Assembly: GCF_009914755.1 (NCBI RefSeq)
Contig: NC_060946.1
Strand: one strand, 5' to 3'
Length of the DNA: 64,000 bases
Source of the DNA: the human T2T-CHM13v2.0 reference genome, Homo sapiens
Shown here: piece after piece, positions 34,475 to 48,183 of the stretch
Position numbering within the stretch: the stretch's first letter is position 1
How the letters are laid out: every line of letters begins with the position of its first letter
The notes under the pieces: model-generated
What the model was told of the DNA's origin: nothing
Database searches by the model: none
The model's input: only the letters and a program-made list of their open reading frames with translations
Translations under genes and position numbers: made by a program

Positions 34475-35800
34475 TGTGTTTATTCCACAATAATTTATTG
34501 GGAACGTCCTTTGTGCTGGCACTATATTGAATGACAGTGATAAGGAAGCCTTAGACCGGGAAGCTTACCACCTCCTAGTGTACACACACATAAGCAAGCC
34601 TAGTGTGTGTTCTGAGTGCAGTTGCTCACCAGGGGAAGGATCCGTCCAGATCACCTGTGAGAAGAGGGAGTCAGGAAAGACTTCACAGAACAGGTTTCCC
34701 TAAGCCTGCATCTTGAAAGTTGGGAAGAAATTTGTCCTGTCCGTGGGAAGGCAGTCCAGGTGCAAACAGCACGTTCAACGGCACGCGAAACCACGTGGTG
34801 CTCAAGGGAAATGGAAAACAATTGGGCTTTGGAGGCGAAGGCAGTGGGGCGAGCAGGGACCGGGGTGAGCAGGGACCAGGCCTCGCCGACCGCAGTGGGA
34901 ATGGGGTTTTATCTACAGGGTGGTTGAGGCACATTGCAAAGGCAGTAAGGATTTCTACTTTTTAAAGGTAATTCTAGTGGTGTAGGGGAGGGGTGGGTCT
35001 TGAGGGTAGGAAAACCAGTTGAAAAGATAACTAGCTTAAGAGTGGTGAGAAGCTATGCCAGAAGCAGGGCAGTCAGTGGCAGTAGGAATAAGGAAGTATA
35101 TACTAGAATAGTTGGGAATTAGAACTGACAGTTTGGTGAGAGGAAGGAACTGCTGATGTTCACAGACTTCTGATTTGAGTGGGATGGCAGTATTCCCAAG
35201 TGAGGCAGAAGAACACGCTTTGGGGGAGGGTTGTTTTATTTTAGGGCCCTGTGGCACCTGAGGTGGAGCTGCATCAGGCAGTTATGTAGATAGTTCTAAA
35301 GACTGTAAGAAAGGTCAGCACTAGAGAAAGACTTGGGAGTCATCAAGATCCAGGGGGAAGCTGTATCTATGAGAAAGCATAAGACCAGGCTGGGCGCAGT
35401 GGCTCACACCTGTAATCCCAGCACTTTGGGAGGCCGAGGCGGGTGGATCACGAGGTCAGGAGTTCAAGGCCAGCCTGGCCAAGATGGTAAAACCCCAACT
35501 CTACTAAAAATACAAAAATTAGCTGAGTGCGGTGGCAGGCGCCTGTAATTCCAGCTACTTGGGAGGCTGAGGCAGGAGAATTGCTTGAACCCAGCGGCAG
35601 AGGTTGTAGTGAACCAAGATCGCGCCACTGCACTCCAGCCTGGGCAACAGAGTGAGACTCCCTCTCAAAAAAGAGAAAGCAAAAGGATGGGTGTGTAATA
35701 AAAAGAGAAAGGGAGGTGTGGACTCCGGAGGAGGAATACACCAGTAATGAAAGGACAGGGAGAAAAAAAACTGTCCTGTGAAACAGACTGGAAAGAAACA
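34475..35800 (-). mobile_element. L2 fragments interrupted by an Alu
   Basis: aatttattgggaacgtcctttgtgctggcactatatt (antisense L2 3' end) followed by purine-rich L2 body. Confidence 0.6.
35387..35680 (+). mobile_element. AluSg-like
   Basis: ggatcacgaggtcaggagttcaag. Confidence 0.9.
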
Positions 35801-36403
35801 GACCAAGAGGTAGCAAAAGTACTGCCGTGGGCCCTTCCAGGGGGGTGGGTGAAGGGACTAAACCTGCTCCATGTCAGATTGGGCATCAGAACTGAGTTCA
35901 ATCCGTGAAGCCAAGAGTTGAGTTTGGTTCCCTCTCCATGACCCTGTCCCCCAGTCTGCCATGTACAGCAGCAGCTGAAGCAGCAGCTTTTCACCGTCTC
36001 ACCCACCCCAAACCCTGCCCATGATAAGAAGGCTGGTTGCAGACCCAAGGGAACAGGAGGACCCGACACAGCCTGGATACCAGGAACTAAAACAGGATGC
36101 CCCTGGCCCAGTGGCTGGATCTTCAGTATCCTTACTCTTAAGACAGGAAAGGAGCTCCCAAATGACAGGTTTCAGGTGGTTCTGCTTCGGATTTTTATTT
36201 ATTTATTTTGTGTTTATTTTTAGACAATGGTTCTGACTTTTAAATGCTAGAGAAAGATTAAAGGAAGAACAGTTGAATAGTATCTGTTGCATTGACACTG
36301 AGATTGATAGGGACAGAAATCAAGTTGTGATGATTAATAAGTGAATGAGAAATTAGTATGTTGAGACCACAAATATAAACTGCTTTTTCTAGAAGCTTGA
36401 CTA

Positions 36404-36783
<380 letters not shown>

Positions 36784-36936
36784 TTACAGAACTTCCAAAG
36801 CGTTGAAGTGAAGTAGGGAGTGGCCTAAAACTGCAAAGATAGTATTTCCAGGTCTTGGAATGATGGTAAATCTCTTGTGTATGGGGACTAAATAAAACCA
36901 TCTGTTTCTAGCAGATCTACCTCCACCTGTGCTCCT

Positions 36937-37224
36937 TTTGAGACAAGGTCTGGCTCTGTTGCCCAGACTGGAGTGCAGTGGTGTGATCTAGGCTCACCGC
37001 ATCCCCTGCCTCCTAGGCTCAAGCCATCCTCCCACCTCAGCCTCCTGAGTAGGTGGGACTACAGGTGCATACTACAATGCTGGGCTAATTTTTTTGTGTT
37101 TTTTGTAGAGATGGGGTTTCACCAGGTTGCCCAGGCTAGTCTTGAACTCGTGAGCTCAATCAATCTGCCCACCTCTGCCTCCCAAAGTGCCAGGATTACA
37201 GGTGTAAGCCACCACACGTGGCCT
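36937..37224 (-). mobile_element. AluJ
   Basis: Antisense dimer with ggctcaagccatcctcccacc. Confidence 0.85.
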
Positions 37225-37837
37225 CCTTAAACTTTTGATATTATTATTTGTGTTACTTAATTAACTAGATATCTTCTTGTCCGCTTGGGCTGGGTGCCCT
37301 GCTCACAGAGCTGGATGGGTGGTACCCTCCTGTCTGCCACCAAGTCTCCTGGCATCCCCCCTTGCTTCCTGGGAAGACCTTCCAGGCCTCCTTGCTGGTG
37401 TTGTGCTCCTCCCTCACATCTGCTGCCTCACTTAAGACATCTCTTCTGGACATCTTGCTTGAAGTTAGGCCAGTTGCCAACAATGTAGGCAGACAGGGTT
37501 TTCAGAGTTATTTGCGACTCAATTAAAAGTTTATAGTGTATTCTTAATAATCTGTATCCCAAGAATTATGCTGGATATCAAACTGATAGGAGTGGTGAGT
37601 CCTGGGAAGACTGGAATGGAAGGAGAGGGGACATTGGTTAAGAGCCTCTCTATACTGCTTGAATTTTTAAAATGAGAATTTAAATGTAAAATAATTGTGC
37701 TGAATAGTCAAGTTTGAAAATTAAAACCCTGCCATACTCAGAGGTGATACTAGTAAGATACCAGCAAAATAAATATAGTTTGTTGAATATGTATTTCTTT
37801 CAACTTGCCATATTCTCTAGGAAAGATTTAGTTCTAA

Positions 37838-38194
<357 letters not shown>

Positions 38195-40621
38195 TAGAGG
38201 AATTCTTGCAGCCGGCTTGCAGTTTAGCAGGACCTGGGGATTGATTTAACCCAAGATCCACTGAACATTCCCACCCCTTCTATGAATTCCAAGACTAGTT
38301 TGGCTGCTCTGAAAGAGAAGAGAGAAAACTGGAGTGGTTCACAGTTTTACTGCTGCAGCTGTACCTGATCAGATGGTAGGATTACCGTGTAGTTCTGAGC
38401 ATTTCAAAGCAGTTGTGGAGGAATTTGCCGCTATTTATACCTTGGAAGGAAAATAGTGCTGTAGGTAACTTCAACTAGATAATTTCAAATGTTGATTTTA
38501 TAATTAATTTTTATGTTTATTTTGAATACGTGTGTACCTGATACAGAGGTTCACAGCCTGGCAGAGAAAGTAATGCAGCTGTTCTGTAAAACCTGGATTC
38601 AAGAGTACTTGGAAAACTGCTCAGTTTCCCTAGCCTACCTGTCCTCTACCTTAATTCTTTTTTTCCCCTCCCTTCTGAATACAGGCAGTGTCTGAGACTC
38701 ACTGCCAAGCAGGCTAGGGACTGAGTGACATGGTCTCTTTCTAGCCTTGTCTGTTAAGGAGACATGTAATGAACAACTTTACAGGGTTGGCACACTATTT
38801 GGACTAATGATAGATCCAGAGAAGAGGCTGTGTTTTAACCTAAGCGGGAAACTTTAATCAGAATAGGGAACTAAAAATTAGTGTTATTCTCTTGATAGTC
38901 TCTGCGGTTGACAAAAAATTAATGAATCCAGTCGTCCTCTGAAGTGCTGAGGGTCAGACATAACCACGTAGCCTCGAGTTCTCTGTAAGGGCCAGACCCA
39001 TCTTGGAGGTTGCAGCTAACTTCAATTTTTACCAATGCATTTAATTAGGGGACCCATCCACATTCAAGTACTGAATTGCTGGGATCCCATTGGGATTCAG
39101 TTCAGCTTATGTTTATTGGACTCTACCCAATACCAAATTCAAAGGTGTGTCAGACATGGTCCTTGCTATCAAGGAGCTCCTGCTGAGTGAAGAAAATGGA
39201 CCCGTGGATATTACCAATATAATGTGTATCTCAGAGGAGGAACACTTTGTCCAACCAGGGAGGATACAGAAAATTTCTAGGAGATAACACCTAAAGGAAA
39301 AGGGGAAGGGAATAGGCAGAGGGCTCTCAGACATTAATGTGTGTGTTGTGAGTAAGGAAACTGTGCAGTCATGAAGTGATAATGGGTCTGGAGAGGCCTT
39401 GGATTTTACCCTAAAGGTAGTTATTGACTGAATTTAGGTGGCGAGATACCCAGAGGTCAAATTTGCTCTTCAGCAAGAAAGACTGCTGTGATACAGTGTA
39501 CAGTAGGGAGATAGGGAGACAAGTCAAAATATTTCTAATTCTCATCACAGTTCCATCTGAGATGTATTGATTCAAACACTATTAAATAAAGTAAGTCAAA
39601 TAGAGGGGACGACAGATAGCAGGGCAGTGAGGTGCTTTCAGATTCCCTGCAGCACCATCTCAGCACTGTGCTCTAACGTGGGGCTGAAGCCCTGACTTAC
39701 AATCTCTAGCTGTGGGGAATGGAGCACGCTGTCTTGGACAGAAGTATTGGGTTGACTGTGAAACTAAGGGGCCAACTTCCAAATAGTGCCAGCTTTCTGA
39801 CAGCGGTGTAGATGCTGGTCCCAGATGAGCCTCTGCTGGGCTCGCCATTGCTTTGAGCACCTACACACACATAGGTAGCTCCAACCTTGAGGAGCATTCC
39901 TTCTGCGTTTGTTTGTTCATTGTAAAATGAAGTTGCTGGCCATTTAATATATATTCCTATATCTCTGTATTCAAATACATGAATATATATTTCAGAGAGA
40001 GATTCCATCATGGAATAAATAAAATATTTACTGCATTTACTAGCAACTTGCTATGAATTGATTTTGAAGAGACTGTTCCAGCCATTATGGGGGAATGGAT
40101 TGGGGAGGAGCAAGAGTAGGAACAGAGAACCAGCGAAATGGCCCCAACAAGCAAGAAGGACAGCAGTGAAAATGAAGAATTATGGGTAGATCTGAGAAAC
40201 AGATTTTGAAAGAGGAAATGATAGGACTTGCTGATGGGCTGATATGAGGGGTTGGGTGAGAAATTCATGACGGATGTCAGGGTCTGACCTAAACACCTGG
40301 GTAGGGGGTGATGCCCTTGATTGTACAAAGCCTTAATATTAATAACCACTTGCCTTTATTGAGCATGTGTTTGGTATCCTGCCCTGTACTAAGAGTTTTA
40401 CACATACTTCATTTAAACTTCAAAAGAACCCTATGAAGAAGGTGTTGTTATTGTTCCCAGTGTTGGTTGAGGAAGCTGAGCTCTGAGGGGTTGGGCTGCG
40501 GGCCTAGAAACAATAGCTGGTGAAAGGAGGAGCTGGATTTCCACAAGTCTGCCTGTGCCACTGTTTCATGTGGCATCTTGCTATGAGCATACAGTTCATA
40601 GTGATTTTTTTCTCTTTTCAG

Positions 40622-40695
40622 GGTTGTGGTTTTTTGCACTGAATGTAACCTAGACTCATCTTCACGGGCTTGTGTTGCCCCAGGTACTGTCAAAG
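40622..40695 (+). other. TNRC6B: Non-coding (5' UTR) internal exon of TNRC6B upstream-promoter isoform, 74 nt
   Basis: Strong polypyrimidine acceptor tttttttctcttttcAG at 40620-40621 and consensus donor AAAG|GTAAGT at 40695/40696. Unique sequence about 8.6 kb upstream of the ATG-bearing exon. Gene assignment is by linkage to that exon and from memory of the TNRC6B gene structure. Confidence 0.85.
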
Positions 40696-41492
40696 GTAAG
40701 TTTTTAAAATATATATCTACCATGTATTGGCAATAGTCTTCTTAAAAAGAAGAAAAGTACTTTTTCAAAAACATTGTTGCCCTTTTACCAAGTTCTTACA
40801 GAAAGATATTTTTAAGGTGACCATCATACCAGCCCCTTGCTTTCCTACTATATGGTAGGTGCCTTTTAAAAGCACTGGTATTTAGATGGATACTGACATT
40901 TGGTGCCTCATGCTAGAAAGCTACAACTTAGTTATTAGGATTATGTGAATTTTATGTGAGTGTTCCCCTAGCGTCTCTGTCTCTCACCTTTCCCTGCTGC
41001 GGTCTGTAGTCCACATTACTGCCAGGGTTCACTTTCTGAATGATAGATTTACTCAGGTCATGCCTTTGCTTAAACAGCCCTCATGGCATCCAGTTGCTGC
41101 AGATGTTGTCCCACAGATCCCTTCAAACCTAATTCCAGTCAACATTTCTGGTTGCTTTTTTAGTGAATCCTTATCTGTAAGCCTTAATGGACCATTTTCT
41201 TTTCCCTAGATATATATATAGTATTTTTTCGTGGCTTTGTGCCTTGGTTGATGCTTTTCTCTTTTTAGAGCTTGGAAGCAGGGAGAAGAATGTGACTATC
41301 TACTCTTCTTGTTGTATTTTTCCTGTTATCTTCTTCTCCCAAACTCCCTTGGCAGAATTTCTTTTTCATCTGTATTCTAAGAGCACCTGTTGTTATTACA
41401 GTAATAAATTATTCAATATTTTATATTAAAGTTGTTTATTTGTATCTGTCTCCTTTACTAATATATAAACCCTTTGAGACTGCTTGGAAAGG

Positions 41493-42055
41493 AGCTAACC
41501 TATTTTCAATGCCTAAAAGAGGCCCCCACAAGCAAGAAAGGATGACAGCAGTGAAAATGAAGAATTGTGGGTGGATCTGAGAAACAAATTTTGAAAGCAA
41601 AAATGATAGGACTTGCTAATATGAGGGGTCCAGGGTAGGATTGCTAATATGAGCTAATATGAGGGGTCCAGGGTAGGATGATAAATTGATGATGAATTTC
41701 TCCCCAACCCTTTGCTAGGCTTATGTGCCTAGTGTATGCACCTTGTCTCTATAGAGACAGCCACTTACCTGAAGACAGTAGCCATAACCATAGCCACTGC
41801 TAAGGTCAAAATACTGTGTGGCCTATGGTTTTTGAACCTCCAGTTCAGCCTCAGTAGTATAGAGAAATAAGATAAAATGCTCTTAGACACCTTGCTAAGA
41901 GTTCTACACACATTGTTTAATTTAGTCTTTATAACACCTTTTCCTGCACAGCTTTATGGATGAAAATATCAGGATTAGAAAGTTAAATAACTTGCCCAAG
42001 ACCACACAGCTAATAACTGACAAAGAAGAACGGTTCTACATTTTCAAAGCCACAG
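41493..42055 (-). mobile_element. MIR interrupted by a templated insertion (41521-41858)
   Basis: agctaacctattttcaatgccta ... [insert] ... agacaccttgctaagagttctacaca...gaaagttaaataacttgcccaagaccacacagctaataa. Confidence 0.65.
41521..41858 (+). repeat. Composite local duplication of 40140-40270 and 45313-45472
   Basis: Direct alignments visible by eye to both donors. Confidence 0.92.
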
Positions 42056-42868
42056 CTCATTCCAGCATAACACAGTATCCCAGCACCATCTGGCATGTGA
42101 TAGAGGCACAGTAAATGTTTATTGAATTGATATCTATTGCATTTTAAAGAAAAAGCACTGTCATTGATTAATTCAGTCATTCTTACATAGAAATTTATTG
42201 AATACATATTAAATGCCAGGTACACAGTTTTGAGTAGACTGAATACAGAGATTAACAAGATATAGCGTCTGGTATCAAGGGGTTGACAGTCTAATCCTTA
42301 TCACATAGAGGAATCTATGTGAGTAAATAAATCCAATAAAGTGTTACAGATCCCATAATAGAATTCAAACAAGATCCACTGGAGGCACTGAGGAAGGAAT
42401 CATTATTTCTGCCTAGAGATGGATCAGGAAATAGTTCATAAAAGCTGAGCCTTGATTGGAAAGTAGGGTCTCCCCTTGTGGCACCAGAGGAGGGAAAGGC
42501 AGAGGGAGTGATAGCAACAAAAACATGGAAACCTGAAACAGTCTGCCATATTGGCAAAGCTGTAAGATGTTCATTACGGCTGGAACAAATGGAACAGAGA
42601 CCAGGCAGACGAGGCTGGAGAGACAGGCAAGGGCTGGATCCTGGAGGGCTCTTGAAAATATTAACATATTTGGCAATTTTCCTGGAAGAACTTGCACAGG
42701 TACTGTAGGACATTACTTGTATTTAGTTCTTAACATTTGCTGAGTCCTGTCATGTGTGTAGCAAGCACTGTGCCAGGTCAAGACTATCCACCACCTACCA
42801 CAGGTCACAGACTGGTGACTGCTCCAAGTTGAAGTGATGTGCAAAAACAGAAATTAAACACTTGTGTC

Positions 42869-43210
<342 letters not shown>

Positions 43211-43643
43211 TCATCATCTCATGAGGGGACATGACTTGTCACTTTGGCATGACTTGTTCACCCCTCTAGTTTTCATGTAAGTGGGCTTTGCCCTGACTTT
43301 TTTGTGACTCTGTTAGCACTGATACATTAGACTTTGTCACTTCTTACATGGAACCCTTAGTTAACCGCACACTTCTGCATTGCCTACCTTACTTACCTTC
43401 TGTTTTGTCAAAAGGAAAGTAAAGTTGCCCTAGACACAACCATAAGCCATGCCTTCAAACAAGAATGTTATCAAGGTTTGTTCAAGAAACATTGAAAACT
43501 AAGGACAGCTCCAAAACAACAAAAAATGAGAGCAAGTGAAATAAAGGACAAAGATAAAAATGGGTATCAATATGACATTTAGTAAGTGGGCACATTACAT
43601 GGTTTTAATCAGGAAAGATTTTTAGAAATAAAAATTGACTGGA

Positions 43644-43918
43644 GGCCAGGAACTGTGGCTCACACCTAAATCCCAGCATTTTGGGAGGCCTAGGCAGGTG
43701 GATTGCTTGAGCTCACAAGTTCAGGACTAGCCTGGGCAACATAGTGAAATCCCAACTCTACCATAAATACAAAAATTAGCTGGGCATGGTGATGTGTACC
43801 TGTAGTTCCAGCTACTTGGGAAGCCCAGTGAGGCTGAGGCTACATTGAGCCGTGATCATGCCACTGCACTTCAGCCTGGGTGACAGAGTGAGACCCTGTC
43901 TCAAAAAAAAAAAAAAAA
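43644..43918 (+). mobile_element. AluJ with internal deletion
   Basis: Sense dimer with shortened right arm. Confidence 0.85.
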
Positions 43919-45728
43919 TACTGAATAGATATTAGAAGGGTAGAGATGTGGATTGGTGATGAGGGGAAGGGTTTTCCAGTAGGGTGTGGACTAGGATATA
44001 CATAGAGAGAGATTAGCATGTTGTGTGCTGAGAATGGAAAGATTTGCCTGCGTGAATGCAGAATACAGGGTGCTTTGAGAGTAATTAGAAATGAGGTTAG
44101 TGAAAAGCTTAGGAAGTAAAAGTGTGTGATTAATGCTGTGGTAATGGAATAATTTGGAAGACAAGGCTGATATGGAAAACTGAACTTAATTCTGAGGAGG
44201 ATACATGTCAGATATAAGTTGAGATCAAAGGGTATCCAATAAGTAATATTCTCTTCCCTGCTCAAGTTCTGAACCAACAGAGACTTAGCACAAAGGAGTA
44301 AGGCAGACAGGTGGAGATCAAAATTTCACGTTTATCATTCATAAAGTTGCCATAGGAGAACTGGCTTAAATCTAAGGGCAAGCAGATTTTTAATACTGAA
44401 CTGCAGGACTTAACAGGTTTATTCGCCCACCACCACTAGTCTGGGATAGACCTGCCTTCTCGCCTGCCTCCTAGCCAACGAAAGGAGCAGAGCAGAACAG
44501 GTGTCCCCAAGGGAAAAGGGAGAGAAAAGGGCTGGACTATGCAAGCCTGGTTTCTTCTTCCAAACACACTCATCAGAGAAGTGACTTCACCCCTGACAGC
44601 CTGAGTCAGGGATACAAGGCCAGGAATATGAAAAATTGGATATTGTCCCATGTGGAAGGAAGCATCAGGAGCAGGGAAAAAAGTTTTCCTCCCCTAGCAT
44701 TCCCTAGCTTTTGTTTCTTAGTACATTGTTCTTAACCAGTAAGTCTAGGTCAGCCAGGGTTATGCCAGTCTTCCTTCCTCCTTTCCCTCCTCCCTCCCTC
44801 CCTCCCTTCCGTCCTTCCTTCCTTCCTTGTATAGCCAGAAACCTCTTAATTTTCATTTTCCTTTTGAATCACCTATATAAACCTAGCACAAGCAATTTAA
44901 AGGAAAAACTTCACTGGTTTTGTAATGCATGTGTGCTATTTGAAATTCAGCTGCTTTGCAGCTTATATGCAGCGAGTAATTGTTCCACTTTCTGATGTCT
45001 AAAAGGCCTGTAGGAAGAAAGTCTGTTTTCCCTGAAGTCTAATCTTTCCTCAGCCATGCCTGCTTAGGAAAAGCTGTGCCGGCATAATTCAAGGTCAAGC
45101 AGCAGCCTTCTGTACACTGAAGCCACCCAAGCCCACTAATGCCCTATTCCCTTTGCTGAGGCCAGCACAGCTGGCATTTGCTTGCTAGGCCAGAGCAGCC
45201 AGTGTATGCTGAGACTGCCTGCACAGCTGATATGTAAATGAGCTTTCAATACCAGCATCACCACCACCGCCACAACCGTCTGTGGCTTGTTTCTTGATGA
45301 GGCCTGCAAAGCCCCCAACCCTTTGCTAAGGCTTATGTGCCTAGTGTACGCAGCCTTGTCTCTATAGAAACAGCCACTTACGTGAAGACAAAGTTGCCAT
45401 AACTACAGTCGCTGCTAAGGTCAAAATACTGTGTGCCTATGGTTTATAAACCTCTAATTCAGCCTCAATAGTTACAAGCTAGTGTATAACTATAAAAACA
45501 ACAGTAAAAAGCCTAATATAAGCTTCTACAAGAAAATACTGTGCCCCCTCATTAAAGTCCAAGGCCCAAAGTCCTGGCCTTAACAGAAGCCTCAAAAATG
45601 CCACATGTATTTTACTCCCTTGAATTTTAGTTCTTGTCTATTTATCAAAATTTTGGTGCCACGCACCAGAAGTTAGGGTCTTTGAGACCCAATAAATAGC
45701 ACTCTCCTTCCCTTGACTGGGCTCTCTA

Positions 45729-45841
45729 TATTTTGGTCTCCCAAATGTCCTCCTTTTTAAAAGCTTATATGCAGCGAGAAATTGTTACACTTTTCATTTT
45801 TCCCTCCTTTTTAAAAGGAGGGCATTTGGGAGACCAAAATA
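45729..45841. repeat. Inverted repeat (33-34 bp arms) around a short locally copied segment
   Basis: tattttggtctcccaaatgtcctcctttttaaaa (45729-45762) versus ttttaaaaggagggcatttgggagaccaaaata (45809-45841). Confidence 0.92.
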
Positions 45842-47887
45842 CTGTTTCTCTGACTAATAAAGCGGTATTGGACCGCCCATTCCCGCTGCCACTGCTATTA
45901 TGTGTGCCACTGGGCAGAGGGGCCGGGCTTAAAAAAAAAAGCTGTATTGGAGAATGTGACACATCTACAGGCCAGTGAACTTAACACTGAACTTCATAAT
46001 AACACAGACTGACCTACTCACGGGTAGTTGTGAGGGTCCTGTGTTTATGGGTGGAGGAGAAGAGGAGAATGCAGGCTTCCTGGGGCAGCTGGTTTCCAGA
46101 AGGAAGGAAAAGACAGGGCTGAGCTCCACCTACGTTGTTTCTCCTTCCAAACTCACCATTAAAGTAAGATCCTGTTACCTTCTCTGGAGTGGATTGTGTG
46201 CAGGTGGAGAGGAGCCAAAGGTGGAAACTCAGGAGCCAGGAAGAAGCATTCCCCTTTCACAGCATGTCCAAAGGGAAATGGAGATCACTGGGGATCGGAC
46301 CCTGAAAGAATAAGAATTCAGAGTAGAGAATGTCTTGTGAGTTGGTCATCTCCATGTACTTATTAAGTACCTATTATGTATCAAGTGCAAATACATTGTC
46401 AGTGAATCCTCAGAATAACTACTATTCCCAAGTTTTGGTAGGGAAGCTGAGACTGAGACAAATTGAGTAAATTCCCTCAAGGTCACACATCCGTAAGCAT
46501 TCGGGTCTGTTGGACTCTTCAGTGACGGCCACAGCTCCCCCTCCAGGTTCCAGTCACTGCCCCTTCCGCTTCAGGTCTAGCAATAGTAAGGTTCCCAATT
46601 GTTGTCAGCCACTGGGTGGTTCAGTAGCCTTTGTTGGTTTCCCTATTTCCATTCTAACATGTTGGAAAACTGAGGGCTGTAGTAGTAGAGAAGGTAAGAC
46701 TTGGGCCTTGGTAGGATCTTATTGGGACACGATGGATTTTAAGAAGTGAGTGGAGGGGCAGAAGTCTTGGTTAAAGCCTTGGGTAGAGGGTGATAGCATG
46801 GGGGAGGAGAGATGACAGTGTGCAGTGTTGGGGGATAGGGAGGAGGAGTCGGTAACGGGAAATAGCAGTGATTGTCAGAGAAGGAAAAAACTAATTTAGC
46901 CAGGCAAGTCAAGCTAGAAAGAGACTTAAGAAAAATAGAACAGCCAAATAGGAGAATCCAGAAAGGATGAAAGTAAAAAGATTAAAGCTGAAGGAGAAGC
47001 CAGCAAGTTGAGAGCAGTGCCCTTTCATAGAAGAAACAACCACTGCCATCCCTTCTTCCTCTCCCGACCTCCTGTCTCCAGTCAGTGCCTCCCACTGGCT
47101 TAGCCCAGCCAGCAGCCAGAAGATAAGGAGCCCAATGATGGTGTCCCCTGGGGCACACAGTTAGGCGGAGAATGGAGCGTGGGTCTGGAGGAAGCAGACA
47201 GTACAGCACCAGACCAAGGAGTGTGCTGAGCACAGGCCTGCAAGCATGAATGGAGTTCCAAGGAGTTTTTCTGGTTCAGCTATGCCTATAATGCATCATC
47301 TGGTTCAGCTATGCCTATAATGAAACAGAGAAATGCAGTCTCTGTTTCAGTGAAGTAGGAGAACTTAAAGACATCTGTGAAGCAAATTACACATAAAATC
47401 TTTCTGGATAAGTTATTGAGTTTTTCCAATGCTATCAACCTAATTTTTATAGAAAGAGAACTTTTTTTTTTTTTTTTTGCACAACTGTGATAAATAGGTG
47501 AGGGACAAAATCAACTAGAGAAAGCCTATTTTCACTTGCTGTGAGCATCCCTCATGTGTTTTACAGAGAGGATGGGCAATGTTGATTAAGCTGGGAGCAA
47601 GTGAATGGATATCAATTGAGAGCTTCTACTGTACTGATTTTACACTTCACATCACATAAATATGCATTTGTTCCCAACAAGACCTTGCTAGGTGGGTGAG
47701 CAAAGTAGATATTTTGGTAACCCCTTCCCACCCAGTAGATGAGGCAACAGCTTCCTGGAAGTGCCTTCTTAGCCTTGAGTCTTGGCTGGTTATAGAGAAG
47801 CCTACACCAAAACAGATCATCAAGCGTTGTGCATTAATAGATTTTTCTTGCACACACAAAAAACATACACTACCAGCATCTTTTTAC

Positions 47888-48183
47888 CTTTTTTTTTTTT
47901 TTTTTTGAGACAGGGTCTCACTCTGTTGCCAAGGCTGGAGTGCAGTGGTGTGATCACAGCTCACTGCAGCCTTGACCTCCTGGACTCAACCAGTCCTCCC
48001 ACCTCAGCCTCTCAAGTAGCTGGGCCCACATACATGTGTCACCACGCCTGGCTAATTTTTGTATTTTGGGTAGAGGTGGGGTTTCGCCCCCAGGCTGGTC
48101 TTGAACGCGTTAGCTCAAGCCATCCACCTGCCTCAGCCTCCCAAATTGCTGGGATTATAGGCATGAGCCACTGCACCTGGCCT
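47888..48183 (-). mobile_element. AluJ
   Basis: Antisense dimer. Confidence 0.87.

Noticed and set aside
35830-36180. GC-richer segment with ORFs (36021-36236 +, 35665-36069 -) as an exon or retrocopy
   Set aside because: No recognisable protein, no convincing splice pair, poly(A) or TSD; left unclassified.
38660-38690. Strong-looking acceptor ttttttcccctcccttctgaatacAG
   Set aside because: No good donor found within exon distance.
45862-45928. ATTGG plus CCGCCC motif cluster as a promoter
   Set aside because: Overlaps MIR-like sequence, has few CpGs and no downstream donor; too weak to call.
47270-47322. Direct repeat-spacer pattern as a CRISPR-like array
   Set aside because: Only two repeats with a 5-nt spacer in primate DNA, and no associated genes.
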